Assembly: GCA_934613415.1 (NCBI GenBank)
Contig: CAKTSY010000001.1
Coordinates: 270,001-302,000 of the forward strand
DNA length: 32,000 nt
From: an uncultured Opitutales bacterium
Lineage (GTDB): Bacteria; Verrucomicrobiota; Verrucomicrobiia; Opitutales; Intestinicryptomonadaceae
Direction: 5' to 3'
A model generated the notes under the pieces. The model made no database searches, was not told where the DNA came from, and saw only the letters and a program-made list of their open reading frames with translations. Positions 16,950 through 25,327 of this stretch are shown here, in pieces (the stretch's first letter is position 1; every line of letters begins with the position of its first letter). A program made the translations under genes and the position numbers.

Positions 16950-18377
16950 CTAAAAAAGTTTTAAATTGCGCGTGCAAACCGAATTTATCTTCCTTTGCCA
17001 CCACGATTTTTCAACCGCCAAAGGCTCGGCAAAAGACGATTCGTTTGAATTGTACCTGCCCAATAAAATTATGTTTACAAACTTATTCGGGTAGGCGTTT
17101 ACAATGTTTTCTATGTTCTCGAAAACCTCTTCGTTGTAGTCGTCCGAAAAACAGGCAAGGTTTATTGTTTTGTATTTTTGCTGCTCTTTTTCGAAATTTT
17201 CGTCGCCGAAAACGTCGCTTAAAAAGTCGTACTTAAACACGTTGCACGAAGGCACCTGCGCTTTTGCCGCAATTTCGTTCTTTATGGCGGCTGCAATTTG
17301 CAGCATATCGCTTCGCAGCATAAGCATATTGTCGCAATCGGCGTCGGATTTAAGGCTTTGCCAGTCGTCGGCCGACGAGCTGGAAACCTCCATTCTCGAA
17401 AGTATTTCGTTTATCTTTCTATCGTTTAAAAGCCTATGTTTGCCAAAGCACCGCGAAATTCTAACTTTTGTTATAACAAAAACAAGCCCCCTTAAAACAA
17501 TGCCGTAGAAAAACGCACAAAGCAAAAAGAAGCGCGCCCAAATTTCGGAAATATCGGCGTTCGAAAGCGGGGCATTTTCCGAATTGCCGGCGACAGCTTC
17601 GGGTTGTGGAGCTGCTGTTTGCGAAGAGGTATTTTTTGCGTCTTTTCTGCACAAAGCCACCTGCTGAGAAGTAGGATACCCTATCCCTTCGCCCCAAAAC
17701 GCAGCCCAGGGCAGCGCCGCAATTTTTGACGCATTGTAAACCGCATTGTCCGAAACAAAGCTAGGCAGTGTAGTTTCTAAATTGTATTCGTATTTTTTGC
17801 TCATTTGGTTCGAAAGCTGCGTAAAAAATATTCCGCAAACTATGCCCAACCCAAAATATTGTGCGCAAAGCGCGCCCTTCAAAAAAATCCACTTTCTGTT
17901 TTGGCAAAAGGCGGCGTAAACTGCTCCTTTTTTAAGTATTTTAGATACAAGCAAAGCCGCAAGCTTGTCTAAACAAACGCCTATTTTTGGGGCAACAAAT
18001 ATTGCCGAAAAAAACAAAACAAGCGGGACAATTACGCACGAAAACGCAAAAATTATAATGTTTACGGACACCGAATTCGAATCTATGCCGAAAAACCTGC
18101 CCGCCATACCGTAGCCAAACAAAATGCCCACAAGCAAAAGCACAGCCGAAAAAATCCTTAAAAGCCAGTTGCTTAGCATTCCAACCGAAAACGCATTGCC
18201 CCTCATTTGGGCAATCCAATACCTAAGCAACGCCGTGTGGTTTGCCTTTGCATAGTCGGGAGCCTTCGAATAAAAACTAAAATCTCTGGACTTTTTATAT
18301 TCAGCCGATTCCTTTTCGTCGTCGGCTATAAAAACTTCCAAGTCTATAATTTCGTCTGTTTTTAAGATGTTTGCCAT
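16950..18377 (-). CDS. polytopic membrane protein with cytosolic N- and C-terminal domains, possibly DUF2868-like; partner of the GTPase
   Basis: The ATG at 18375-18377 (MANILKTDEIIDLEVF) is preferred to the ORF-track start at 18509, which would overlap the argH start at 18479. About 4 TM helices are visible (LLRIFSAVLLLVGILFGYG, VNIIIFAFSCVIVPLVLFF, GALCAQYFGLGIVCGIFF, IWARFFLLCAFFYGIVL), followed by a ~170-aa soluble tail. Confidence 0.7.
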   Translation of the reverse strand: MANILKTDEIIDLEVFIADDEKESAEYKKSRDFSFYSKAPDYAKANHTALLRYWIAQMRGNAFSVGMLSNWLLRIFSAVLLLVGILFGYGMAGRFFGIDSNSVSVNIIIFAFSCVIVPLVLFFSAIFVAPKIGVCLDKLAALLVSKILKKGAVYAAFCQNRKWIFLKGALCAQYFGLGIVCGIFFTQLSNQMSKKYEYNLETTLPSFVSDNAVYNASKIAALPWAAFWGEGIGYPTSQQVALCRKDAKNTSSQTAAPQPEAVAGNSENAPLSNADISEIWARFFLLCAFFYGIVLRGLVFVITKVRISRCFGKHRLLNDRKINEILSRMEVSSSSADDWQSLKSDADCDNMLMLRSDMLQIAAAIKNEIAAKAQVPSCNVFKYDFLSDVFGDENFEKEQQKYKTINLACFSDDYNEEVFENIENIVNAYPNKFVNIILLGRYNSNESSFAEPLAVEKSWWQRKINSVCTRNLKLF

Positions 18378-18478
18378 ATATTCTTGCGCTTTTATTAGAC
18401 TACATACCCGCAAATTCCACAAGATAAAAATAAATATGTTGAAAAGACGGCAAATGATTGTAGGCTGTTTACCCAACA

Positions 18479-19888
18479 ATGAAAAAAAGCGCAAACGAAA
18501 AACAGGCAAGCTGGGGCGGCAGGTTTAAGGAATCGCCCAGCGATTTAATGCTTAAATTTAGCGAATCGGTCTCTTTCGACAAAAAGTTGGCCTTTTTCGA
18601 CATACAAGGCTCGAAGGCTCACGCAAAAATGCTGGGCAAATGCGGCATAATAACCAAGGCCGAAGCCGCGGCAATAGTTGCTGGGCTAGACAAAGTTGCC
18701 AAGCTTATAGAAAAAGGCGAATTTGTTTGGAAGCAAGAGCTTGAAGACGTGCATATGAACATAGAGCAAACGCTTACGGCAATGTGCCCTCAGGCGGCAA
18801 AACTGCACACGGCACGCAGCCGCAACGACCAGGTTGCAACCGATATGCGCTTGTATTTTAAATGGGCATGCACCGACATTATTGCAGAGCTTAAAAAACT
18901 TTTGCTCGTGCTTGCCGGCTTGGCCGAAAAAAACAAAGACGTTCTGCTTGCGGGATACACCCATATGCAAAGAGCGCAACCCGTGTGCGCCGCCCACCAC
19001 ATTTTGGCGTGGGCTTCGGCGATAGAGCGCGACATTAAAAGATTCGAAAACGTCTATCAAAGCGCAAACGTTTCGCCTTTGGGCAGCGGGGCTATTGCGG
19101 GAACAACATTGCCTACCGACAGGGAATACGAAGCCAAACTTTTGGGCTTTACCGATACAAAGGGCAACGCAATCCTTACGCAAAATAGCATGGACGGCGT
19201 TTCCGACAGAGACGTGTTTATGGAATTTGAATCGGCTTGCGCTATTGTGGGCGTTCATTTTTCGAGAATAGCAGAGGACATTATTATTTGGAATACCTCG
19301 GAATTCGGTTTTGTTAAACTGCCCGACACATTCACAACGGGCTCGTCGCTTATGCCGCAAAAGAAAAATCCCGACTCTTTCGAGCTGCTTAGGGGCAAAT
19401 CGGCAAGGCTTATAGGCAATGCCTCTACAATGTTTACATTGGTTAAGGGGCTGCCGCTTACCTACAATAGAGACTTGCAGGAAGACAAAATTCCCGTATT
19501 CGATTCGAAAGAACAAACTACAATTTGCATAAAGGTTTTATATTCGGCGTTAAAGGGAATGGAATTTAACAAGAAAAACTGCCTAAATGCAGTATCCGAC
19601 CCCCTTCTTTTGGCGACAGACTTGGCAGACTATTTGGTTTCCAAAAAAGTTCCGTTCAGAAAAGCCCACCACATTGTGGGCGAACTTGTTGCGCTTTCGG
19701 AAGAAAAGAATGTGAAAATAAACGAAATCTCCGATGAAGACGCGGCAAAAATTTCGCCAGAACTGGGCAAAAACTGGCGCGAAGTTTTCGATTTAAAACG
19801 CGCAATGAAATTGCGAAAAGGCGTGGGTATGCCCAATGCCGAATGCATAAAAAAGCACATTGCCAATATTAGAAAACTTGCAAAATAA
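18479..19888 (+). CDS. argH: argininosuccinate lyase
   Basis: The 469-aa protein has WGGRF near the N-terminus, TARSRNDQVATD, GYTHMQRAQP and GSSLMPQKKNPD (the fumarate-lyase signature). Confidence 0.95.
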   Translation: MKKSANEKQASWGGRFKESPSDLMLKFSESVSFDKKLAFFDIQGSKAHAKMLGKCGIITKAEAAAIVAGLDKVAKLIEKGEFVWKQELEDVHMNIEQTLTAMCPQAAKLHTARSRNDQVATDMRLYFKWACTDIIAELKKLLLVLAGLAEKNKDVLLAGYTHMQRAQPVCAAHHILAWASAIERDIKRFENVYQSANVSPLGSGAIAGTTLPTDREYEAKLLGFTDTKGNAILTQNSMDGVSDRDVFMEFESACAIVGVHFSRIAEDIIIWNTSEFGFVKLPDTFTTGSSLMPQKKNPDSFELLRGKSARLIGNASTMFTLVKGLPLTYNRDLQEDKIPVFDSKEQTTICIKVLYSALKGMEFNKKNCLNAVSDPLLLATDLADYLVSKKVPFRKAHHIVGELVALSEEKNVKINEISDEDAAKISPELGKNWREVFDLKRAMKLRKGVGMPNAECIKKHIANIRKLAK

Positions 19889-19900
19889 AAATCCTGAAAA

Positions 19901-20629
19901 ATGGGAAAATTTAGCGACACCTATCGAATTAGAGTTGCAGACCTTTCGTTTTCGGGAAGGCTAAAAGAGTCGGCTTTGTTTGCAATGCTGCAGGAGGTAG
20001 CCTGCGAGCACGCCGACATTTTGCACGTTGGTATGGACGACTTGTCGCCTAAAAACCTCGGTTGGGCGGTTTCTAAAATAGACCTTACAATTTTTGCACT
20101 GCCCGAAAAGCGCAGCCGCATTGTGATTGAAACTTGGCCAAGCGGCAGAAGCAAAGCATTTTGCGAAAGAGATTTTAGGGCAATCGACCAAAACGGCAAA
20201 GTTCTTTTCGAGGCGCGCTCTATCTGGATTTTGTTCGACCTGGTAAAACGAAGAATGGAAAGAACCTCGGTTTTGCACGAATGGGAAAATGAGCCCGAAC
20301 GCGTAGCGGGCGACTGCTCCGAAAAACTTTTGCCCGCCACCGAGGCGCAGTTTTCGAAAAAAGTTGTTTTACGGCGCGACGACATAGACGTAAACGGACA
20401 CCTAAACAACTGCGTGTATCCCGCACTTGTAATAGATTCGCTGCCCGAAAGTTTTTACGCACAAAAAATGCCGCGCCGCATAAGAATTTCGTTTTTGTCC
20501 GAAATGAAAGATTCGGACAACGCCGTTTCAAATTCGCAAATTATAGGCGAAACTTCGCTACACAGCATTTGCGACGCCGAAACAAATAGGGAATTTGCCC
20601 GAATAAACATAGACTGGAGAAACATTTAA
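19901..20629 (+). CDS. acyl-ACP thioesterase family protein
   Basis: It has a double hot-dog layout. YRIRVADLSFSGRL...LQEVACEH...LGWAVSKIDL...IETWPSG is followed by a second half with DDIDVNGHLNNCVY, typical of PF01643-type thioesterases. Confidence 0.8.
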   Translation: MGKFSDTYRIRVADLSFSGRLKESALFAMLQEVACEHADILHVGMDDLSPKNLGWAVSKIDLTIFALPEKRSRIVIETWPSGRSKAFCERDFRAIDQNGKVLFEARSIWILFDLVKRRMERTSVLHEWENEPERVAGDCSEKLLPATEAQFSKKVVLRRDDIDVNGHLNNCVYPALVIDSLPESFYAQKMPRRIRISFLSEMKDSDNAVSNSQIIGETSLHSICDAETNREFARINIDWRNI

Positions 20630-21162
20630 TGACACTTTTGCAATCTACACTGCTTTTATCGCTTATGTTGGCGGTTTTGGGAATATTTTTCCTTAGGGGC
20701 GAAAGCTCTAAACAAGCTGCCTTTAAATTTTTGCGCAGCAAAAACGCCGCCTACATATTATACGGGCTTGGCGGGCTTTGGTTTGTTTGGCAGCTTTTCA
20801 ATTTGGGGCAATCCGACTTTGGCGACATAAAACACCTGCTTATTTTATTATTCGGCGGAGCTTGGTTGCTTTCGTTTAAACACTTGCCCGACTTCTTAAG
20901 CGTAAGGGGATTATGCGTGGTGCTTTTGCTGTTGTCTAGGGTGTTTTTAGATTCGGCATATATGCTGGACATTCCCGCAAGGTATACACTGGTATCCATA
21001 ACATACGCCGTAATTGTAGCTACAATATATACGGGGTGCCTGCCCTACCGCCTTCGCGACTTTTTTGAATGGCTTTATGCAAAAAAAATGCGCGCGCAAA
21101 TTTTCGGCGCGGTTTTAATTGCGCTTTCGGCCGCGCTGGACACCTCAATTATCTTCTACTAA
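20629..21162 (+). CDS. hypothetical polytopic membrane protein
   Basis: A 177-aa ORF with about 5 hydrophobic helices. Its start overlaps the thioesterase stop (TAATG). Confidence 0.6.
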   Translation: MTLLQSTLLLSLMLAVLGIFFLRGESSKQAAFKFLRSKNAAYILYGLGGLWFVWQLFNLGQSDFGDIKHLLILLFGGAWLLSFKHLPDFLSVRGLCVVLLLLSRVFLDSAYMLDIPARYTLVSITYAVIVATIYTGCLPYRLRDFFEWLYAKKMRAQIFGAVLIALSAALDTSIIFY

Positions 21163-21171
21163 AACATTTTT

Positions 21172-21756
21172 ATGAAAAGAAATTTGCTGATAGTTTTAAG
21201 CGGCCCCGCAGGCAGCGGCAAAACAACGCTTTGCGCAAACACAATGAAGTGCGACCCCAAATTCGACAGGGTTATTACCGCCACTACGCGCGCTCCGAGG
21301 GCGGGCGAAGTAGACGGCAAAGACTATATTTTCCTTAGCCAAGACGAATTTTCAAACAAGCTGCAAAACGGCGAATTTTACGAGCATGCAACCGTACACG
21401 GCAGAATGTACGGCACGCTGAAAAGCTCCATACAAAAGGCCTTTGCAGACAACAAAGACCTCTTTTTGGTGATAGACGTGCAAGGCGCAAAAACCTGGCG
21501 CGAAATCGCGAAAAAAGACCCTCTTATAGGCAACTCGCTGCTTAGCGTATTTATTATGCCCAAAAGCATAGACGAGCTTGTAAGCCGCCTGCACAACCGC
21601 AATACCGACGACGAAGCCGAAATTGCACTGCGTATGAAAACCGCCCAAGAAGAGCTTAAATTTGCAAAAGACTTCGACAAAATTCTATATTCTGGCACAA
21701 GGGAGGAAGACTTAAAATCCCTTCAGGAAATCATAACCCAGGCAAGGCAAGGCTAA
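21172..21756 (+). CDS. gmk: guanylate kinase
   Basis: LIVLSGPAGSGKTTL is the P-loop. TTRAPRAGEVDGKDYIF and EHATVHGRMYGT are classic Gmk motifs. Confidence 0.92.
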   Translation: MKRNLLIVLSGPAGSGKTTLCANTMKCDPKFDRVITATTRAPRAGEVDGKDYIFLSQDEFSNKLQNGEFYEHATVHGRMYGTLKSSIQKAFADNKDLFLVIDVQGAKTWREIAKKDPLIGNSLLSVFIMPKSIDELVSRLHNRNTDDEAEIALRMKTAQEELKFAKDFDKILYSGTREEDLKSLQEIITQARQG

Positions 21757-21781
21757 AAAAATCTCCATCTTATGGGCATTC

Positions 21782-21871
21782 TTTTCGGCTCAATTTGTCA
21801 AGTTTTATAAGCGTTTTCGGCTCAATGGTGAGCCGTATTTCATATAAATATGGCGTTTTTTGAGCCGAAAA
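21782..21871. repeat. nested direct/inverted 12-13-mer repeats (TTTTCGGCTCAA[T] x2 direct, x1 inverted) in a convergent intergenic region
   Basis: R1 is 21782-21794 and R2 is 21814-21826; they are identical 13-mers. R3 at 21860-21871 is the exact reverse complement of the first 12 nt. An inner 7-bp hairpin pairs 21818-21824 with 21829-21835. Confidence 0.85.
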
Positions 21872-21892
21872 TTTGAAAATTTTGCTCCCATT

Positions 21893-21933
21893 AAAAGAAA
21901 AAATGCGCACTGCAACTAATTACAAATGCGCAT
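21893..21933 (-). terminator. candidate Rho-independent terminator for the protease gene
   Basis: A 7-bp stem pairs atgcgca (21903-21909) with tgcgcat (21927-21933) around a 17-nt loop. On the minus strand it is followed by TTTTTTCTTTT. It lies about 90 nt downstream of the stop at 22021. Confidence 0.45.
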
Positions 21934-22020
21934 CTTACAAAGTTTAAAAGCAAAATATCCCGCAAAACAAAAAACACTTTAGGGTTTTTTAGCCGATTTT
22001 CGCCAAAAAATTTTCATTTT

Positions 22021-23463
22021 CTATAAATCTTTGCTTCTGTCGGCGGGCAAGCGGTAGTTGCGCATAATGCGCGGCATTGCCTTTTTCATTTTCTTTACGT
22101 CTAAAATTATGGGAACTTCGTAGTCGAAAACAAAGGTTACATAGCCGTCGTTTAGCGAATCTATTATGCGGGCTACATCTTTTATAGATTTTATTTTTTG
22201 CCCGTTAATTTCGTAGAGCCTGCTGCTTGCATACGATTGATAGCCTAAATTTACCTCGTCGCCCAGCACAACCGAAAGAACTACAACTTCGTCTTCCGGC
22301 GAATCTTTTTCTTCATCTATAAGCCTGCTTAAATGTTCGGGCGGGTTTTGCTTTGTCCATTCCGACAAATAGCTAAGCGAAAGAGTTGTAAACACAAGAC
22401 CGCCTGCAACATACATTTTTGGAGACTTGTCGTACATCATAGGCGAAACCATAAAATACGGCTTTTTTGGATACATTTTTACTTCAAGTTTTTTGCCGTC
22501 GCGCAAAATGCCAAAATTTACAAATTCGCCCATTTGTTTTGAATCTACAATGGTCGAAAAATGGCGGTTTTCGCCGTTGTCGGCGGTAATATTGCCGTTG
22601 TTCATTATGGTTTTGCCGTCTATTGTAAGCAGAACATCGCCCTTCTTTACCGGAGGGTTTTCGCCCGCAAATTTGCGAACCCTGCATACCAGCACGCCGC
22701 TTTGGGTTTCGGACATTTTAAGGTATTTGCGCGTGTCGGGGTTTTCCAGCGTAATTATGCTAATGCCCAAGTCGCCAAAGCCGTCTACAGTGCCGTCTTG
22801 TATGTCTTTTAAAAAGTGGCGTATAACGTCGGTATGTATCATATAGCCAAGGCCTTGCCTGCCCTTGTAGCCCTGAAATGCGATGCCAACTACCTTGCCG
22901 TTATACAAAATGGGCCCGCCGCTGTTGCCTGGGTTTATAGCGGCGTCTAGCTGCGCTGCCAAAAAGCTGTCTAGCATAGAGTGCGAATAGGCAACCGCCT
23001 CTATGCGCGAAATTATGCCCTGCGTTATAGAAAGCCCGTCGCCCCCCAAAGGGTAGCCAACCGCCAAAACCTGCGTTCTTACAGGCGGCGTTTCGCCTAT
23101 CTCGAAAGGCGTAATGCCGTCGAAAAACCTCTTGTCGGGAACTTCCAAAATTGCCAAGTCGCACTGGTGGTCTATTGCAACAACCTTTGCCGAAACGGGC
23201 GACCCGTTGTCTTTTTTAAGCACCGAAACGTATGTGCTATCCGACACATTGTGGGCGTTTGTTAAAATTCTGTTGCCCGAAATTACAACTCCCGAACCGC
23301 TGCCCCTGCTTTGCCCCTTTGTAAGCCACGGCAAAAAGAAATTGGGCTTGCACGAAACCGTCTGGATTTTCACTACCCCCGAAAATTGGTCTAAAGGCTG
23401 GGCAAATGCGGTCAATGCCAAAACCGAAATTAAAAGCGAAATTGCTGTAAATTTAATTTTCAT
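22021..23463 (-). CDS. secreted HtrA/DegP-family (S1C) serine protease with a PDZ domain
   Basis: The signal peptide is MKIKFTAISLLISVLALTAFA. The catalytic triad contexts are TNAHNV (His), CDLAILEV (Asp) and NPGNSGGP (Ser). A PDZ-like segment GVLVCRV...GDVLLTIDG follows, then an extra C-terminal domain as in Deg2/Deg9-type proteases. Confidence 0.88.
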   Translation of the reverse strand: MKIKFTAISLLISVLALTAFAQPLDQFSGVVKIQTVSCKPNFFLPWLTKGQSRGSGSGVVISGNRILTNAHNVSDSTYVSVLKKDNGSPVSAKVVAIDHQCDLAILEVPDKRFFDGITPFEIGETPPVRTQVLAVGYPLGGDGLSITQGIISRIEAVAYSHSMLDSFLAAQLDAAINPGNSGGPILYNGKVVGIAFQGYKGRQGLGYMIHTDVIRHFLKDIQDGTVDGFGDLGISIITLENPDTRKYLKMSETQSGVLVCRVRKFAGENPPVKKGDVLLTIDGKTIMNNGNITADNGENRHFSTIVDSKQMGEFVNFGILRDGKKLEVKMYPKKPYFMVSPMMYDKSPKMYVAGGLVFTTLSLSYLSEWTKQNPPEHLSRLIDEEKDSPEDEVVVLSVVLGDEVNLGYQSYASSRLYEINGQKIKSIKDVARIIDSLNDGYVTFVFDYEVPIILDVKKMKKAMPRIMRNYRLPADRSKDL

Positions 23464-23609
23464 ATCAATGCAAATTCTATTTTTTCAAAACAAAACTTGT
23501 AAACAAAATTTTTGGCAAAAAAGCGGCTTGCGCCGTGCAAAAAATACCGTGTTTAAAACGCAAAAAAACAGTTGCTTTCAACAAAGCAATTCTTAGCTTA
23601 TATAACAAT

Positions 23610-24203
23610 ATGGCACTTGAAAAGATTGAAAAATTTGAAGGACAGGGAGTATACCTCCCCGAAAACGACATCGACACCGACAGAATTATTCCCGCAAGGT
23701 TTATGGTGTGCGTAACATTTGAAGGCCTCGGCAAATACGCCTTTTACGACGAACGCAAAAACGCCGACGGCACCGACAAAGACCACGTTTTAAACAAGCC
23801 GGAATACAAAAACGCAAACATCATTTTGTCGGGCGCAAACTTCGGTTGCGGCTCGTCCAGAGAGCACGCGCCCCAGTCGCTTTGGCACTACGGCTTCCGC
23901 GCAATAATAGCCGAAAGCTTCGCCGAAATCTTCTTCGGCAACGCCACAACTTTGGGCATTCCCTGCGTAACGGCCTCGCACGACGACATCAAAAAGATTG
24001 CCGACGAAGTTGTAGCCAAGCCCGATTCTAAAATTTTGATAGACCTAAAGGCTAAGAAAATAACCTGCAACGGCGTTTCGGTAGATTGCCAAATGCCAGA
24101 AAACGCGCGCCAAGCCCTTATGACTGGAACGTGGGACCCAATCGCCGAGCTTATGGAAGCCGACACCGACAAGGTCTACAATTCTCTTTGCTACACAAAG
24201 TAA
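23610..24203 (+). CDS. leuD: 3-isopropylmalate dehydratase small subunit (aconitase swivel-domain protein)
   Basis: DIDTDRIIPARF and NFGCGSSREHAPQSL...GF.AIIAESFAEIFFGN are colinear with E. coli LeuD. The ATG at 23610 was chosen over the ORF-track start at 23535. Confidence 0.85.
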   Translation: MALEKIEKFEGQGVYLPENDIDTDRIIPARFMVCVTFEGLGKYAFYDERKNADGTDKDHVLNKPEYKNANIILSGANFGCGSSREHAPQSLWHYGFRAIIAESFAEIFFGNATTLGIPCVTASHDDIKKIADEVVAKPDSKILIDLKAKKITCNGVSVDCQMPENARQALMTGTWDPIAELMEADTDKVYNSLCYTK

Positions 24204-24755
24204 ATGAACTTTATTTTTGAAGGCATAGGAATATTCGCATACCCCTTGGGGCTGTGCTCGCTTTTGGCTGTATATATAGCAATAGAAAGGCTTATATCGC
24301 TGCGCACTTCAAAAATAATACCCGACACAATCTCGAACGCGCTTGTTTCGGGCAAAGACATTCAGGCCCTGGGCGACTTAAACTCGGTTGCCGGCCGCAT
24401 TGTGTGTTTCGAAAAAAGCACTGGGGCAGATGCCGACGCCCTAAAAGCCTATGCCGAGCTTGAACTTACCAAGCTAGAACGCGGAATGTTTTTGCTTGAT
24501 ATTGTTGTTTCGGCAGCTCCATTGCTTGGGCTTTTGGGCACGGTTGCGGGCTTAGTAGAGGTTTTTTCGGGCAGCGGCGTTCCCGAGCCCGAAGTTATCG
24601 CAAAAGGCGTTGGCCTTGCGCTTTCTACAACCATAGTTGGTTTGGCTATTGCAATTCCAGCCTTGGCGGTAGACTCGTATTTATACCGAAAAATCGACAC
24701 ACTTTCGGCAAAGATAAACATTTGCGTAGAACGCCTGCTCGACATAAAAAAGTAA
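24204..24755 (+). CDS. exbB: MotA/TolQ/ExbB-family proton-channel protein
   Basis: The 183-aa, 3-TM protein has a C-terminal region LDIVVSAAPLLGLLGTVAGLVEVF...GVGLALSTTIVGLAIAIPA typical of ExbB/TolQ. The ATG follows the leuD stop directly. Confidence 0.85.
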   Translation: MNFIFEGIGIFAYPLGLCSLLAVYIAIERLISLRTSKIIPDTISNALVSGKDIQALGDLNSVAGRIVCFEKSTGADADALKAYAELELTKLERGMFLLDIVVSAAPLLGLLGTVAGLVEVFSGSGVPEPEVIAKGVGLALSTTIVGLAIAIPALAVDSYLYRKIDTLSAKINICVERLLDIKK

Positions 24756-25169
24756 ATGGACATACGCCAGCGCTCGAAGAAAAGAAGAAAACCTACCGTA
24801 AACATTGTACCTATGGTAGACGTGCTTACGGTGTTGATTTTCTTTTTCCTTATTACAATGCAGTTTAAGCAGGTAAACGCGGTAGACATTACCCCGCCTA
24901 CAATGCAGTCGTCGGAAAACGTAAACTCGAAAGACTTCCCCAACATAATTGCCGTAAAAAAAGATGGCTCGTGTTTTTTGAACGACAAAAAAGTTTTGCC
25001 CGAAAAACTTGTTGACGAGTTTAAAACAATAGCGGCAAGCAACAAAAACGCCTCCTTTATTTTATTGTCCGACAAAGACACGCCCTTTCAAGCCGTAGCC
25101 AACGTTATAGACAAAGCTGCCATTGCAAAAATTAAAAAGCTTTCGCTACAGGCAAAAAAAGAAGATTAA
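24756..25169 (+). CDS. exbD: ExbD/TolR-family biopolymer transport protein
   Basis: A 137-aa protein. The basic N-terminus followed by VNIVPMVDVLTVLIFFFLI is the ExbD/TolR signature TM segment, and a periplasmic domain follows. Confidence 0.85.
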   Translation: MDIRQRSKKRRKPTVNIVPMVDVLTVLIFFFLITMQFKQVNAVDITPPTMQSSENVNSKDFPNIIAVKKDGSCFLNDKKVLPEKLVDEFKTIAASNKNASFILLSDKDTPFQAVANVIDKAAIAKIKKLSLQAKKED

Positions 25170-25195
25170 AAACTTTGCAAACAACGCTTTTATTT

Positions 25196-25221
25196 GCGCC
25201 GAAAATGGTTCGGCGTTTTTT
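25196..25221 (+). terminator. Rho-independent terminator of leuD-exbB-exbD
   Basis: A 7-bp stem pairs cgccgaa (25196-25202) with ttcggcg (25208-25214) around the loop aatgg. TTTTTTT follows. Confidence 0.7.
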
Positions 25222-25224
25222 TGT

Positions 25225-25245
25225 GCCCGAAATTTCGGGATTTTT
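25225..25245 (+). terminator. second, weaker hairpin in tandem
   Basis: A perfect 14-nt palindrome cccgaaatttcggg (25225-25238) is followed by ATTTTTG. Confidence 0.4.
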
Positions 25246-25327
25246 GCGTTTATTGCGCAACGGGTTTAATTTTGCAAAATTATGGCGATATAGCTGTAGA
25301 ACAAAATCAAAAAAAAGGAATAAGAGA

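Noticed and set aside
18686-19516. A 276-aa ORF antisense to argH. Similar long antisense ORFs occur at 8560-9273, 13883-14476, 14507-15058, 5740-6207 and 24449-25081.
   Set aside because: Each lies entirely inside a confidently identified gene on the other strand. The translations are low-complexity and Arg/Phe/Cys-rich, with no motifs, signal peptides or plausible start context. They are typical shadow ORFs.
23464-23609. A possible leucine leader, attenuator or T-box upstream of leuD, based on the small inverted repeat TTGCTTT-caac-AAAGCAA at 23572-23589.
   Set aside because: There is no Leu-rich leader peptide ORF and no T-box specifier or antiterminator features. The single 7-bp stem is not followed by a U-tract, so the evidence is insufficient.
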